Of a stretch of DNA of 64,000 bases, positions 15,239-27,829 are shown in pieces (the stretch's first letter is position 1; each line of letters starts with the position of its first letter). The notes under the pieces are model-generated. The model made no database searches. It saw only the letters and a list, made by a program, of their open reading frames with translations, and was not told where the DNA came from. Origin of the DNA: Clostridia bacterium. Lineage in GTDB: Bacteria > Bacillota > Clostridia > Oscillospirales > CAG-272. The stretch covers positions 4,393 to 68,392 of the forward strand of contig JAGAEA010000047.1 in assembly GCA_017613355.1 (NCBI GenBank). Reading direction: 5' to 3'. The position numbers and the translations under genes are program-made.

Positions 15239-16681
15239 ATGAAAGAAGCAAAAGCGTCCTCGCCTGTGTTAAAGCTGAACTACAAGCGCACCCTTCTCAT
15301 CGGGTTTGCCTTTTTCGGCATTCTGCTCTTGTGGCAGGTCTACGATTCGTGGTGCCCGACTTTCCTGACCGACATTTTCGCCCGCAGGATGTATAACCTT
15401 TCCTCTGCGGAGTTGAAAGCGGGTGACCCCGACAAGATTCTGAACGTGCAATGGATCGTGGGTATCATCATGGCTTGCGATAACCTCGCCGCCCTGATCC
15501 TGCTTCCGATCTTCGGCAGTCTCTCCGACCGCACGAAATCCCCCATCGGCAAGCGGATGCCCTATATCCTTGCGGGAACCATGGTCTCCGCTCTCGCCTT
15601 CCCCTTTATTCCGATCTTCTTCCACCGGAACCAGATCGCGGGGATGGTCGCCATGATGGCGATCGTGCTGATCTTCATGATGATCTACCGCAATCCCGCC
15701 GTCTCTCTCATGCCCGACATCACGCCCAAGCCTCTTCGCGCAAAGGCAAACGGTCTTATTAACATCATGGGCTATCTCGGCGGCGCGTTTGCTACCGTTC
15801 TCGGTATCTTTCTCAAACTTTCCGACTACATCAATGTACAAGACAGCGCGAGAAAGCTTTGGATCATTGAAGTTCCTTTCCTTGTCGCGTCGGTTCTCAT
15901 GGTCATCTCCGCGCTCGTTCTGTTCTTTACCGTTCGGGAAAACAAACTCGCCGCGGAAATGAAAGACGAAATGGACGCGGGCGAACAACTTGCCGCCATT
16001 GAAAACCCGATTGACGACAACGCTCCCATGTCCCCCGCGAACCGCCGGATGCTCTTCGCCATTCTCGGCGCCGAATTTCTCTGGTTCATGGCGGACAACG
16101 CCATTGGAACTTACATTGGAAACTACGTCATTTACTATCTGAACTCCGCATCCAGCGCCACCATGCTGCTCACGATCATCGGCGGCGTTGCAAGTGTGTT
16201 CGGCTTTGCCACGGCGGGCATGATCGCGGATAAGATCGGACGCAAATGGACGATCTCCTGCGGACTTGCGGTCACCGTCCTCGCTCTCGTGGTAATGTGT
16301 TTCGTAACGCCTACCGCGAAGATCACCGGAGCAAACGGCGAACACGCTTTCCCCACCCTGCTCTTCGCCGTTTGGGCGATCAAGGGATTCGGCATGGCGC
16401 TGGTGCACAACTGCTCTTTCCCGATGGTGGTGGAGCTTTGCTCCAATCAAAAAATCGGCAAATTCACGGGCTTCTATTATGCGGCGAGTATGTCCGCGCA
16501 AACGGTCACGCCCGTCCTGCTCGGTCTGGTGTTCAAAGCCACGCTCGCGTGGCGCGCACTTCCCGTTTACGCCGCGATCCTTTTCGCGTTCAGTTGCGCC
16601 GTGTTTACCCTGTTGGTTAAAAATATCAAAGCAAAAAAGATCGCAAATATACACGGTCTTGAAGCGATCGAAGGAGATTGA
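15239..16681 (+). CDS. MFS-type transporter (GPH/lysophospholipid-transporter-like)
   Basis: About 12 predicted hydrophobic spans. AAAGGAG RBS before the ATG at 15239. Translationally linked to the downstream GDPD gene. Confidence 0.85.
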   Translation: MKEAKASSPVLKLNYKRTLLIGFAFFGILLLWQVYDSWCPTFLTDIFARRMYNLSSAELKAGDPDKILNVQWIVGIIMACDNLAALILLPIFGSLSDRTKSPIGKRMPYILAGTMVSALAFPFIPIFFHRNQIAGMVAMMAIVLIFMMIYRNPAVSLMPDITPKPLRAKANGLINIMGYLGGAFATVLGIFLKLSDYINVQDSARKLWIIEVPFLVASVLMVISALVLFFTVRENKLAAEMKDEMDAGEQLAAIENPIDDNAPMSPANRRMLFAILGAEFLWFMADNAIGTYIGNYVIYYLNSASSATMLLTIIGGVASVFGFATAGMIADKIGRKWTISCGLAVTVLALVVMCFVTPTAKITGANGEHAFPTLLFAVWAIKGFGMALVHNCSFPMVVELCSNQKIGKFTGFYYAASMSAQTVTPVLLGLVFKATLAWRALPVYAAILFAFSCAVFTLLVKNIKAKKIANIHGLEAIEGD

Positions 16682-16684
16682 ACC

Positions 16685-17518
16685 ATGCCCACGTTTCTTA
16701 TTGTAATCATCATTGTTTTTGCCGTCCTCGTTCTGCTCCTGCCCTTTCTTCTGCTTGCGCCGCGGGTGGCTGGACGAAAAAAGAAAGCCCCTTTTTACGG
16801 GCGCAATTTCGCCCATCGCGGGCTCTATGAAAAGGATCAGTCGATCCCCGAAAACTCCCTCCCCGCTTTTGCGCGGGCGGCAGAAGCCGGCTACGGGATG
16901 GAATTGGACGTTCAACTCTCCCGCGACGGTCGGGTCGTGGTCTTTCACGACGACACCCTTGACCGCGTTTGCGGCGTTCATGCGCGCGTTGACGAATTGG
17001 ATTACGACGAGTTGCGCGCTCTGCGCTTGTGCGGAACGGAAGAATCTATCCCTCTGTTTGACGAAGTACTCGCACTGGTGAACGGAAGAACCCCCATCAT
17101 CATTGAATTGAAAAACGGAAAGCGCAATCGCGAGCTTTGCGAAAAAACGCTGGCGGCAATAAAGTCCTACAAAGGCGAAACCTGCATTGAAAGTTTTAAT
17201 CCCATGATCGTGGCTTGGTTCCGTCGGCACGCGCCGTCCGTATTTCGGGGACAGCTCGCGCAACCGCCGAAGAATTACTCCACCAAAAAGTTCTCGAAAA
17301 AGACCGCTTTTCTTCTCGGCAATTTGCTGTTGAACGTTCTCGCAAGACCGCAATTCATTGCATACCGCATTGGCAAAAAGCCGCTTTCGGTTCGCTTTTC
17401 CGAGGCGCTCGGCGCCGTAAAGGTCGCATGGACGAGTCACGACCCCTCCACCGAAGCGGATTTTGACGTCGTGATCTTCGAGCATTATCTGCCGAAGCCG
17501 CGCTTCAAAGAACAATAA
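16685..17518 (+). CDS. Glycerophosphodiester phosphodiesterase family protein (membrane-anchored)
   Basis: FAHRGLY...ENSLPAFARAAEAGYGMELDVQLSRDGRVVVFHDDTLDR is the GDPD signature. N-terminal TM segment. Confidence 0.85.
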   Translation: MPTFLIVIIIVFAVLVLLLPFLLLAPRVAGRKKKAPFYGRNFAHRGLYEKDQSIPENSLPAFARAAEAGYGMELDVQLSRDGRVVVFHDDTLDRVCGVHARVDELDYDELRALRLCGTEESIPLFDEVLALVNGRTPIIIELKNGKRNRELCEKTLAAIKSYKGETCIESFNPMIVAWFRRHAPSVFRGQLAQPPKNYSTKKFSKKTAFLLGNLLLNVLARPQFIAYRIGKKPLSVRFSEALGAVKVAWTSHDPSTEADFDVVIFEHYLPKPRFKEQ

Positions 17519-17539
17519 ACAAACGGAGCATTCCAAGAG

Positions 17540-18301
17540 ATGCAAGATCAATTCTCTCGTACACAATTGCTGTTCGGCAGGGACGCCATGAAGCGGCTCG
17601 CAAACGCCCGCGTGGCGGTGTTCGGCATTGGTGGGGTCGGCGGCTATGCCGTGGAAGCGCTCGCCCGTTCGGGCGTGGGTGCGCTTGACCTGATCGACGA
17701 CGATCGCGTTTGCCTGACCAACCTCAACCGACAGATCATCGCAACGCGTCCGGCCATCGGGAAATACAAAGTGGATGTTGCCGAGGCTCGTGTTCTCGAC
17801 ATCAACCCCGATTGCAAGGTTCGCACATACAAGACCTTCTTTCTCCCCGAAACCGCCGAACAATTTGACTTTTCGCAATATGATTATGTGATCGACGCGA
17901 TCGACACCGTTACAGGCAAGATCGGGCTCGTCACGGCAGCGCACGCCGCAAGCGTTCCCGTTATCTGTTCGATGGGTGCCGGCAACAAGGTCGACCCAAC
18001 AAGATTTCGCGTTTCGGACATCTACAAGACCCACACCGACCCGCTCGCAAAGGTCATGCGATACAAGTTGAAACGGCTGGGAATCAAAAAATTGAAGGTG
18101 GTGTGGTCGGACGAGCTGCCGATCAAACCGATCGACGACCCGACCATCAGTTGCCGCTTGCATTGCGTCTGTCCGCCCGGGACCGAGCGCAAATGCACCG
18201 AGCGGCGGGACATCCCCGGATCCAATGCGTTCGTGCCGTCGGTCGTCGGGCTGATCCTCGCGGGAGAAGTCGTGAAAGACCTGATCGGGTGGGGAAAATG
18301 A
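17540..18301 (+). CDS. tcdA: tRNA threonylcarbamoyladenosine dehydratase (ThiF/HesA family)
   Basis: VAVFGIGGVGGYAVEALARSGVGALDLIDDDRVCLTNLNRQ, and GAGNK. Confidence 0.85.
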   Translation: MQDQFSRTQLLFGRDAMKRLANARVAVFGIGGVGGYAVEALARSGVGALDLIDDDRVCLTNLNRQIIATRPAIGKYKVDVAEARVLDINPDCKVRTYKTFFLPETAEQFDFSQYDYVIDAIDTVTGKIGLVTAAHAASVPVICSMGAGNKVDPTRFRVSDIYKTHTDPLAKVMRYKLKRLGIKKLKVVWSDELPIKPIDDPTISCRLHCVCPPGTERKCTERRDIPGSNAFVPSVVGLILAGEVVKDLIGWGK

Positions 18302-18376
18302 AAAACAGCAAATTTCTCTTTCCCGCCGAGATTTTCTCGGCGGGAAAATTTTTTTGAAAAATTTTTCAAAAACCTA

Positions 18377-18405
18377 TTGACAAAGTGGGGAAATGGGTTT
18401 ATAAT
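18377..18405 (+). promoter_or_regulatory. Consensus promoter of cysK
   Basis: ttgaca aagtggggaaatgggtt tataat. Confidence 0.55.
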
Positions 18406-18456
18406 GGTTGCAGACCATCCGAAAGGTGTCAATTTTATCAAAGGAGATTTCCAACC

Positions 18457-19389
18457 ATGTCCCACATTTACACATCCGCCGACCAACTCGTCGGCAAAAC
18501 GCCGCTTCTCGAACTTGCCCACATTGAAAAGAAACTCGGGCTGAACGCCAAAATCTACGCTAAACTCGAATACTTCAATCCCGCCGGATCCGTGAAAGAC
18601 CGTATCGCAAAGTCCATGATCGACGACGCGGAAGCTTCGGGCAAACTCAAACCCGGTTCGGTCATCATCGAGCCCACCTCCGGCAATACCGGCATCGGGC
18701 TTGCTTCCATTGCCGCCGCCAAGGGCTACCGCATCATCATCGTCATGCCCGAGACCATGTCGGTCGAGCGCCGTCAACTGATGAAGGCTTACGGTGCGGA
18801 GCTGGTGCTCACCGACGGTACCAAAGGCATGAAAGGCGCGATCGCGAAAGCGCAGGAGCTTGCCGAGGTCACCCCGAACAGCTTTATTCCGGGTCAGTTC
18901 GTCAACCCCGCCAATCCGAAAGCCCATTTTGAAACAACGGGTCCCGAAATCTATGCCGATACCGACGGTGAAGTCGATATTTTCGTGGCGGGCGTCGGAA
19001 CCGGCGGCACCGTGACCGGTGTCGGCGAATACCTCAAAAGCAAAAAAGCCGACGTGAAGATCGTTGCCGTGGAGCCTGCTACCTCCGCCGTGCTCTCCAC
19101 GGGTGTTGCGGGTGCTCACAAAATCCAGGGCATCGGTGCCGGCTTCGTCCCCGACGTGCTCAACACGCACATTTACGACGAGATCTTCCCCGTTTCCAAC
19201 GAGGACGCTTTCGCCACGGGCAAACTGATCGGCAAGAGCGAAGGCGTTCTGGTCGGTATCTCGTCCGGTGCCGCGGCTTTCACCGCCATTGAGATCGCGA
19301 AACGTCCCGAAAACGCAGGCAAAAAAATCGTCGTCCTGCTTCCCGACACGGGCGACCGCTATCTTTCCACCCCGCTCTTTGCGGACTGA
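18457..19389 (+). CDS. cysK: Cysteine synthase A (O-acetylserine sulfhydrylase)
   Basis: GKTPLLEL...[11 protein letters not shown]...[12 protein letters not shown]...[22 protein letters not shown] before the ATG at 18457. Confidence 0.92.
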   Translation: MSHIYTSADQLVGKTPLLELAHIEKKLGLNAKIYAKLEYFNPAGSVKDRIAKSMIDDAEASGKLKPGSVIIEPTSGNTGIGLASIAAAKGYRIIIVMPETMSVERRQLMKAYGAELVLTDGTKGMKGAIAKAQELAEVTPNSFIPGQFVNPANPKAHFETTGPEIYADTDGEVDIFVAGVGTGGTVTGVGEYLKSKKADVKIVAVEPATSAVLSTGVAGAHKIQGIGAGFVPDVLNTHIYDEIFPVSNEDAFATGKLIGKSEGVLVGISSGAAAFTAIEIAKRPENAGKKIVVLLPDTGDRYLSTPLFAD

Positions 19390-19405
19390 TCTTCGGCTTC
19401 CCGCT

Positions 19406-19444
19406 CCGACCGAACCGTTTTCCCCATCGGTTCGGTCGGTTTTT
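19406..19444 (+). terminator. cysK terminator
   Basis: ccgaccgaaccg / cggttcggtcgg, 12-bp stem plus TTTTT. Confidence 0.8.
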
Positions 19445-19521
19445 GATGAAAAACACTTGAAAAACCGTTTTAATTCTGTTATAATATAAAAAAATTCCCA
19501 ACCGAAAGGAAAGAACGACAA

Positions 19522-19950
19522 ATGATGATCTCCACCCGCGGCAGGTACGCCCTGCGCGTTCTGATCGATCTTGCGGAACACGAAAGAAACGGATATATCC
19601 CGCTCAAAGAAATCGCCGCACGCCAGGAAATCTCGCTCAAATACGTAGAGCAGGTCATGGCACTGCTCTCTTCAAACGGATTGGTTGCCACCGCTCACGG
19701 CAAGGGCGGCGGTTATCGGCTTTGCAAGGATCCGTCCGACTACCGCGTGGGCGATATTCTCCGCGTGACGGAGGGAACGCTTGTCCCCGTCGCCTGCCTC
19801 GAAGAGAACGCCGCACCCTGTACCCGTTCGGCGGAATGCCGCACGCTTCCGCTTTGGAAAAAGCTTTCCGACGCGATTTCGGACTGTCTCGACCATGTAA
19901 CGCTCTCCGATCTGACACAAACGGAAATGCCGGATAATTACGTGATCTGA
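19522..19950 (+). CDS. Rrf2-family transcriptional regulator (CymR/IscR-like)
   Basis: MISTRGRYALRVLIDLA...IPLKEIAARQEISLKYVEQVM. Cys residues in CLEENAAPCTRSAEC. Promoter TTGAAA-17-TATAAT at 19457-19485. Confidence 0.88.
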   Translation: MMISTRGRYALRVLIDLAEHERNGYIPLKEIAARQEISLKYVEQVMALLSSNGLVATAHGKGGGYRLCKDPSDYRVGDILRVTEGTLVPVACLEENAAPCTRSAECRTLPLWKKLSDAISDCLDHVTLSDLTQTEMPDNYVI

Positions 19951-19964
19951 TTATCCACAATATC

Positions 19965-20004
19965 GGCGGGGCGCTTTTTCTTCCCAAAGAAAAAGCGCCC
20001 CGCC
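19965..20004. terminator. Bidirectional terminator between the Rrf2 and SDR genes
   Basis: ggcggggcgcttttt / aaaaagcgccccgcc, perfect 15-bp arms. Confidence 0.8.
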
Positions 20005-20014
20005 AAGTTTTATT

Positions 20015-20734
20015 CTATATCGCATACCCGCCGTCCACGCCGAGGCATTGACCCGTGACGAAAGACGCCTCGTCCGACGCGAGAAACCGGACCGCCGCCA
20101 CAACGTCCTCCGGCGTCCCCATTCGGCAAAGCGGCGTGGCGTCCGCCAATTCCGCTTTGGTTTTGTCGTCGAGGGCAACGTTCATTTCGGTTTCGATCAC
20201 GCCCGGTTCCACGCAGTTGACCGTGACGCCGGAGGGACCCAACTCCTTTGCCAGCGCCATTGTCATCCCGCGCAAGCCCGCTTTTGCCGCCGAATAGTGC
20301 ACCTCGCAGGATGCGCCTACCTTTCCCCACATGGAACCGATGTTCACGATCCTTCCGCTGTGGCGCGCGATCATGCCGCGAACCGCCGCGCGGGTCACAT
20401 AGAACGCGCCGTCGAGATCGGTTGCCATCATGCGCCGCCAATCGTCGTCGGTCAGATCGGTAAACGGCTTGATCTGCGCCACGCCCGCGTTATTGACGAG
20501 CACGTCGATCCCGCCGCCGAGCGCGGCTTCCGCTTCCCTGACCGCGCGTTCGGCTTCGGCAGAGTCGGAAACGTCGGCGCGGATCGCCGCCGCACCCGTT
20601 GCCGTTGCAACGGAAGTCGCCGCCTGTTCGGAAGAACGGTAAATAAAAGCCACGCGATCGCCCTGCGCCGCAAACGCGCGCACACAAGCCGCGCCGATCC
20701 CGCGCGAACCGCCTGTAATCAGAACACGAGCCAT
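20015..20734 (-). CDS. SDR-family oxidoreductase (FabG-like)
   Basis: ITGGSRGIGAA, NNAG, and YSAAKAG (the YxxxK motif). Confidence 0.85.
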   Translation of the reverse strand: MARVLITGGSRGIGAACVRAFAAQGDRVAFIYRSSEQAATSVATATGAAAIRADVSDSAEAERAVREAEAALGGGIDVLVNNAGVAQIKPFTDLTDDDWRRMMATDLDGAFYVTRAAVRGMIARHSGRIVNIGSMWGKVGASCEVHYSAAKAGLRGMTMALAKELGPSGVTVNCVEPGVIETEMNVALDDKTKAELADATPLCRMGTPEDVVAAVRFLASDEASFVTGQCLGVDGGYAI

Positions 20735-20772
20735 TTCAAAGTCTCCTTTTTGGGTTTGAAAATACTGTTTTT

Positions 20773-21621
20773 CTATGATACGGGTTGCAAATTTTCTCCG
20801 TCGGACGTAAATAGAATATCACCGGAAAGATCGGTGCGAAAGATTTCGGCGCCGACCTCGGAAAGCCTCGCCAGCGTTCTTCCGTCGGGATGCCCGAACC
20901 GATTTCCCGCGCCGCAGGAGATCACGGCATGGTGCGGAGCAACCGCCCGCAAAAACGCTTCGCCGCTCGACGTGTCCGACCCATGGTGACCGACGTGCAA
21001 AACGTCCGCCGCAAGATGCGTCGCGCCGTATTGCTCCAACAGTACCGTTTCGATCTCGGTTTCGGCGTCCCCCGTCATCAAAATCGAAGTGTTACCGCAT
21101 TGCACCCGAAGCACAAGGCTTCCGCGGTTCCCCGCCTCCGCTTCGGTGCCGACGGTCGGATACAATACCGTGAGCAACACCTCGCCGAGCTCAAACGAAG
21201 TCCCCGCTCGGACGATCTCCGGCTTGATCCCGCATTCGTTCAGGCTTTTCCGAAAACGGTCGGCACTTTCGTTTTCCGCGTTCGTCCCGTTTACAAAAAC
21301 GCGATCGGCGGGAAAGGTCTCCAAAACCGCATCCGCACCGCCGATGTGATCCTCGTCTCCGTGCGTGAGAATCAAAAGAGACAATCGCTTCACGCCGTAT
21401 GACTTCAACTTGCGGCAAAGCGTTTCCTGGGATGCTTCGGGTCCGCAATCAATGAGAATATTCCCTTGGGTTGTTTGCAAAAGTGTACAATCGCCCTGCC
21501 CCACGTCGAGGAACATCGCGCGCAAAAGCGGCGTTTTCTCCGTCGGCGCGCCGCGACAAGCGGAAAGGATCAGGAAAAAGAGGAGAACTGCCACCGTGAA
21601 AATCGGACGTTTGCTTCGCAT
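20773..21621 (-). CDS. MBL-fold metallo-hydrolase lipoprotein (ComEC C-terminal-domain-like)
   Basis: Lipobox LILSAC. LILTHGDEDHIGG (the HxHxDH-type motif). HVGHHGS. Confidence 0.8.
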   Translation of the reverse strand: MRSKRPIFTVAVLLFFLILSACRGAPTEKTPLLRAMFLDVGQGDCTLLQTTQGNILIDCGPEASQETLCRKLKSYGVKRLSLLILTHGDEDHIGGADAVLETFPADRVFVNGTNAENESADRFRKSLNECGIKPEIVRAGTSFELGEVLLTVLYPTVGTEAEAGNRGSLVLRVQCGNTSILMTGDAETEIETVLLEQYGATHLAADVLHVGHHGSDTSSGEAFLRAVAPHHAVISCGAGNRFGHPDGRTLARLSEVGAEIFRTDLSGDILFTSDGENLQPVS

Positions 21622-21751
21622 TTCCGCTCTCCTATCCCCTTCCTACTTGAAAAACCAATTTATTATAACAGAAATTCAACCGTTTTGCAAGCGTTTCCCA
21701 CCCGCTTTTCCCAAAAAAACGCAAAATAAAGGGAAAAAATTTGAAAAAACC

Positions 21752-21780
21752 TTGACAGAAGGTTGGAAACATGGTATAAT
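21752..21780 (+). promoter_or_regulatory. Consensus promoter of the rpsF-ssb-rpsR operon, followed by an ~85-nt hairpin-containing leader
   Basis: ttgaca gaaggttggaaacatgg tataat. Leader hairpins acgggc-aaa-gcccgt and ccgcgc...gcgcgg. Confidence 0.6.
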
Positions 21781-21864
21781 TCTGTATTGATACGGGCAAA
21801 GCCCGTCTCTCTGCCGCGCAAATTTTTACAGCGCGGTCGAATAGTCCATAGGGAGGTGTAAAAC

Positions 21865-22269
21865 ATGGAAAAAGCAGCCAATTCTTACGAGAGCATGTTT
21901 GTCGTGAGTCTTGCAAACGGCGAGGAAGCCGCCAAGGCCACGGTCAACAAGTTCACCGGTCTGATTGCCGCCAACGCGCAGGTCATCAAGATCGATGAGT
22001 GGGGTAAGCGTCGTCTCGCATATCCGATCCAGGATATGAACGAAGGCTATTATACCGTTGTAACGTTCAAAAACAACGGTGAATTCCCCGTTGAGCTCCA
22101 GCGTTTGATGAACATTGACGAGTCCGTGATCCGTTCGATGACCATCAAGCTCGAGTACGACGCGGAAAAAGTCGCTACCGCCGCACCCGTTGCCGCCGAA
22201 GAAGCGGAAGTCGAGCCCGAAGAAGAGCCCGCTCCTGCCGAAGAGGCGCCCGCCACCACCGAAGAATAA
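21865..22269 (+). CDS. rpsF: 30S ribosomal protein S6
   Basis: YESMFVV...WGKRRLAYPI, with an acidic C-terminal tail. Confidence 0.92.
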   Translation: MEKAANSYESMFVVSLANGEEAAKATVNKFTGLIAANAQVIKIDEWGKRRLAYPIQDMNEGYYTVVTFKNNGEFPVELQRLMNIDESVIRSMTIKLEYDAEKVATAAPVAAEEAEVEPEEEPAPAEEAPATTEE

Positions 22270-22303
22270 TTCGGTTTGGCAAAATTGAAAGGAGGCATTC
22301 ATC

Positions 22304-22777
22304 ATGTCCAGCTTGAACCTCAATAAGGTCATTCTTGGCGGACACCTGACCGCCGACCCCGAACTGAAACAAACCAACAGCGGGATCCCCGTGATTTCCT
22401 TCTCGATTGCCGTCAACCGTCGGTTCCAATCCAAAGCGACCGAGGGTGCTTCCGCGCAACCGACGGTGGATTTTTTCAACATCACCGCGTGGAGAAGTCA
22501 GGCGGAATTCGTTTCCCGCTATTTTCGGAAGGGTTCCGCGATCTGCGTTGTCGGTTCCATTCAAAATCGGACATGGACCGATCAACAGGGTCAGAAACGC
22601 TATGCCACCGACATCGTTGCCGACGAAGTGATGTTCGTTGACAGCAAGAACGAAGGAGGCGCGGGCGGAGCGCAGCAGTTCCCCGCCGACACCTATACGG
22701 CGCCATCCTATTCCACCCCGCCGGAACAGACTCCCAAATTTGAGGAGATCAAAGCCGACGACGATCTGCCGTTTTGA
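22304..22777 (+). CDS. ssb: Single-stranded DNA-binding protein
   Basis: [19 protein letters not shown]...FFNITAWR...C-terminal DDDLPF. Confidence 0.93.
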   Translation: MSSLNLNKVILGGHLTADPELKQTNSGIPVISFSIAVNRRFQSKATEGASAQPTVDFFNITAWRSQAEFVSRYFRKGSAICVVGSIQNRTWTDQQGQKRYATDIVADEVMFVDSKNEGGAGGAQQFPADTYTAPSYSTPPEQTPKFEEIKADDDLPF

Positions 22778-22815
22778 GCGGATCATCCCATTCTATCAAG
22801 GAGGAATTGAACAAC

Positions 22816-23079
22816 ATGGATAATAAAGCAACCGAAGCGGTCGTTCGTCCCGCTCGTCCCGCAATGATCCGCAGAAGAAGAAAAGTTTGCATTTTCTGCG
22901 CCGACAAGGTTCCGTTCATTGACTACAAGGACAGCGCCAAACTCCGCAAATTCATCAGCGAGCGCGGCAAAATTCTGCCTCGCCGCGTGTCGGGCACCTG
23001 CGCCCTTCACCAGCGCGAGCTCAACACCGCCATCAAGCGCGCGCGCAACATGGCGCTGCTGCCGTTTGTGACGGACTGA
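22816..23079 (+). CDS. rpsR: 30S ribosomal protein S18
   Basis: [20 protein letters not shown]...[25 protein letters not shown]. Confidence 0.92.
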   Translation: MDNKATEAVVRPARPAMIRRRRKVCIFCADKVPFIDYKDSAKLRKFISERGKILPRRVSGTCALHQRELNTAIKRARNMALLPFVTD

Positions 23080-23087
23080 CTTTCAAC

Positions 23088-23134
23088 AGATCGCCCCGTA
23101 AAAGCGTCATGCGTTTATGGGGCGATCTTATTAT
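23088..23134 (+). terminator. rpsR terminator
   Basis: agatcgcccc (23088-23097) pairs with ggggcgatct (23119-23128), followed by a T-rich tail. Confidence 0.55.
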
Positions 23135-23169
23135 GACCGACCCATTCCCCGCGAAAGGAGAAGCCCTCG

Positions 23170-23715
23170 ATGCCGAAGATATTGCGGAACACCAAAGCCA
23201 TCCTATATCTCTTTGCCGCGATTTTTATTTTTCTTTTTCACGAGCAGATCATGCCCGGCGTGGCATTTCTCGTTGGCGGCGTGGTATTGGTTTACGCTCT
23301 GGAAGAATTGTTCTTCCTCATTATGGAAAGAAAATTCGCGGACATGGCGGAAGCGATCATTCAAATCGTGCTCGCGGTTCTGCTTTTTCTCGCCCACGAC
23401 GACATCATCAAAATTTGCATTATCTGGGGTGTATGGTCGATCATCCGCGAAGGGCGGGAAATGACGCACGCACTGGTACATATCCGCAGGCATCGGCTCG
23501 CGGTGATCAACATTGTGGAATCGGTTGTCGTAACGGTGCTTTCCGCAATTATGATTTTGAACCCCGGAGAACACCACGCGCACACGCACGTCATTCTGCT
23601 CGGAATCGAACTGCTCCTCGAAATCGCGTTCCCGCTTTTGGAAACGGTTCTCGATCTGTGGATCAATCGAAAAAAGGAAAAAGACAAATCCCTCTCCGAA
23701 AAGGAACAGGAATAA
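23170..23715 (+). CDS. Hypothetical integral membrane protein
   Basis: Five to six hydrophobic spans and a lysine/glutamate-rich tail. No recognised motif. Confidence 0.6.
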   Translation: MPKILRNTKAILYLFAAIFIFLFHEQIMPGVAFLVGGVVLVYALEELFFLIMERKFADMAEAIIQIVLAVLLFLAHDDIIKICIIWGVWSIIREGREMTHALVHIRRHRLAVINIVESVVVTVLSAIMILNPGEHHAHTHVILLGIELLLEIAFPLLETVLDLWINRKKEKDKSLSEKEQE

Positions 23716-23746
23716 AAGGAAGCGCCCCGCGGGGCGCTTCCTTTTA
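23714..23746. terminator. Bidirectional terminator (membrane protein / prmA)
   Basis: aaaggaagcgcccc gc ggggcgcttccttt. Confidence 0.8.
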
Positions 23747-23767
23747 TTCTTTCTTGCTTCCGAACGA

Positions 23768-24739
23768 TCAAGAAGGTTTCTTCATGACCGCCAATGCGCA
23801 CCAACCGTTCTCGGTGGGTTGCTCGACTACGCGGTAACCGTACCGATCCAAACAATCCTTCACATCCTGCGCACGTTCGTTGATGATTCCCGAAGCGAGC
23901 AGAACGGTGTGTTCATCCATGAAGGGTGAGAGATCGGGAACCATGCGAATAATGATATCCGCCACGAGGTTGGCGCAAATCAAGTCATACGGGCGCGTTC
24001 TGTCCGCTTGACGAAGCAGGTCGGACTGCGCGCACCGAATACCGGAAAGTCCGCTATCCTTGATGTTCTCGGTGGCAACGCGCACTGCAACCGGGTCGAT
24101 GTCATAGGCGAAGCACTCGCTCGCGCCGAGTTTGGCGGCGCAAATGGCGAGAATCCCGCTTCCCGTTCCCACGTCGAGCATCCGACAGCCTTTTTTCGTG
24201 TATTTTTCCAGCAAACCGATCACCAAGCGCGTGGTTTCGTGCGTCCCCGTTCCGAATGCCATTCCCGGGTCCATGCGAACCACCAGTTCGTTCGGCGCGG
24301 CATCGTAACGCTCCCACGCCGGAACGATGACCAGCCGTTTTCCGATATGAACGGGTTTATAGTAAGCTTTCCATGCGTTTGCCCAGTCCTCTTCCTTTAC
24401 GCCCACCGTCTCGATTTTGATGGGTTCAAGCCCTTCCGCCGCGAAACGCTCTTTCAGAAACGCGACACTCTCGGCAACGCTCCGCTCGGCGGGCAGATAG
24501 ACCGACACCGAGGCGACGGTTTTATCTGCGTTCAGGATCGCTTCGTCGATCAGGTCGCCGTAGCAGGTTTTAAGGTCGATGTCACTGTAATCCTCGATCT
24601 GCAAATTGTTGGAGATCATGCTCATCACCGCCGTAAGACGGTCGAGGTCGGCAAGATGTACCGTTACACGGAGCTGCGTCCAATCGGTCACCGTTCCGTA
24701 ATCGCCGCAAAGATAGTCTTTGTCCATCTCCGTCCTCAT
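23768..24739 (-). CDS. prmA: Ribosomal protein L11 methyltransferase
   Basis: [14 protein letters not shown]...[16 protein letters not shown] overlap with the dnaJ stop. Confidence 0.88.
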   Translation of the reverse strand: MRTEMDKDYLCGDYGTVTDWTQLRVTVHLADLDRLTAVMSMISNNLQIEDYSDIDLKTCYGDLIDEAILNADKTVASVSVYLPAERSVAESVAFLKERFAAEGLEPIKIETVGVKEEDWANAWKAYYKPVHIGKRLVIVPAWERYDAAPNELVVRMDPGMAFGTGTHETTRLVIGLLEKYTKKGCRMLDVGTGSGILAICAAKLGASECFAYDIDPVAVRVATENIKDSGLSGIRCAQSDLLRQADRTRPYDLICANLVADIIIRMVPDLSPFMDEHTVLLASGIINERAQDVKDCLDRYGYRVVEQPTENGWCALAVMKKPS

Positions 24740-25878
24740 TTCTGCCCGAAAATTTTCTTGAAGAACGCTTTATGCTTGGCGTAATTCGTTTCGCCGCAAC
24801 TGTCGGCAAAGGCTTTCATCGCCGCTTTCTGTTTGTCGGTCAGCCCCTTCGGGATCTCTACCGTGGTGCGGAAAATCAGGTCGCCGCGCCGGTTCTGATT
24901 GTTGATATACGGGATCCCTTTGCCGCGAAGAGTGAAGGTGGTTCCCGGTTGCGTTCCCTCGGGGATGGTGTATTTGACGTTGCCTTCAAGTGTGGGAACG
25001 TCGATTTCGGCACCGAGCGTGGCTTCCGCAACGGTCAAAGGTACCTCGCAGGAAACGGTGACGCCGTTTCGCTCAAACACGGGATGACGCTTGACCGAAA
25101 CACTGATGATCAGGTCGCCCGCGGGTCCGCCGTTTTTCCCGTCGCACCCCTGCCCCCGCAGGGCAATGCGCTCTCCGTTGTCGATCCCTGCGGGAATGGA
25201 AACGGTCAGGCGCTTGTTTTCGCGCACGAAACCGCTCCCGCGGCACTTGGAACAGGGATTTTTAATGATCTTTCCCGTTCCCCGACAAGCTTCGCAGGTC
25301 GCCGTGCTTTGAAACGCCATGCCGCCCATGCGCTGAACGCGCTTGACCTGTCCCGTTCCGCGACACACGGAGCAGGTTTCGGCTTGCGTTCCCGCCGCCG
25401 CGCCGCTCCCCTTGCAATCGGGACACCGACAAATGCGGTTATAGGAAATATCCTTTTTCACGCCGAACGCGGCTTCCTCGAAGGTAATGATCACGTTCGC
25501 GCCGATGTCGTCGCCCTGCTGCGGACCGTTCCGCCGTCTGCCGCCGCCGAAAGCGCCGCCGAACATTCCTCCGAGAATATCACCGAGATCACCGAAATCC
25601 CCGAAGCCTCCAAAACCGCCGAAACCACCTTCGCCGCCGCCCATGGACGGGTCGAACGCGGCATGACCGAATTGGTCGTACTTGGCGCGCTTGTCGGCGT
25701 CCGACAAGACTTCATACGCCTCGTTTGCCTCTTTGAACTTCTCTTCCGCAACTTTATCGCCCGGGTTGGCGTCGGGATGGTATTTTTTCGCAAGTTGGTA
25801 ATATGCCCGTTTAATGGTTCCCGCGTCCGCATTCTTATCGACGCCGAGAACCTCATAGTAATCTCTTTTATCCGCCAT
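24736..25878 (-). CDS. dnaJ: Molecular chaperone DnaJ
   Basis: J-domain DYYEVLGV...YHPD, a G/F region, and four CxxCxGxG zinc repeats. Confidence 0.95.
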   Translation of the reverse strand: MADKRDYYEVLGVDKNADAGTIKRAYYQLAKKYHPDANPGDKVAEEKFKEANEAYEVLSDADKRAKYDQFGHAAFDPSMGGGEGGFGGFGGFGDFGDLGDILGGMFGGAFGGGRRRNGPQQGDDIGANVIITFEEAAFGVKKDISYNRICRCPDCKGSGAAAGTQAETCSVCRGTGQVKRVQRMGGMAFQSTATCEACRGTGKIIKNPCSKCRGSGFVRENKRLTVSIPAGIDNGERIALRGQGCDGKNGGPAGDLIISVSVKRHPVFERNGVTVSCEVPLTVAEATLGAEIDVPTLEGNVKYTIPEGTQPGTTFTLRGKGIPYINNQNRRGDLIFRTTVEIPKGLTDKQKAAMKAFADSCGETNYAKHKAFFKKIFGQK

Positions 25879-25955
25879 GTTTTTCCTCTGTGTTGCAAAT
25901 ACGTCCGACGGGAAAGGGCGCGAAGCGCCCTTTCCCGTTTTTTCGGTTCAGCCGA

Positions 25956-27821
<1,866 letters not shown>

Positions 27822-27829
27822 TTACAATG

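Noticed and set aside
15269-18163. 964-aa ORF on the minus strand spanning the MFS, GDPD and tcdA region
   Set aside because: It is antisense to three well-supported genes that have clear motifs and RBSs. Its translation is Arg/Gly/His/Asp-rich low-complexity sequence typical of GC-rich shadow frames, and no RBS or motif is present.
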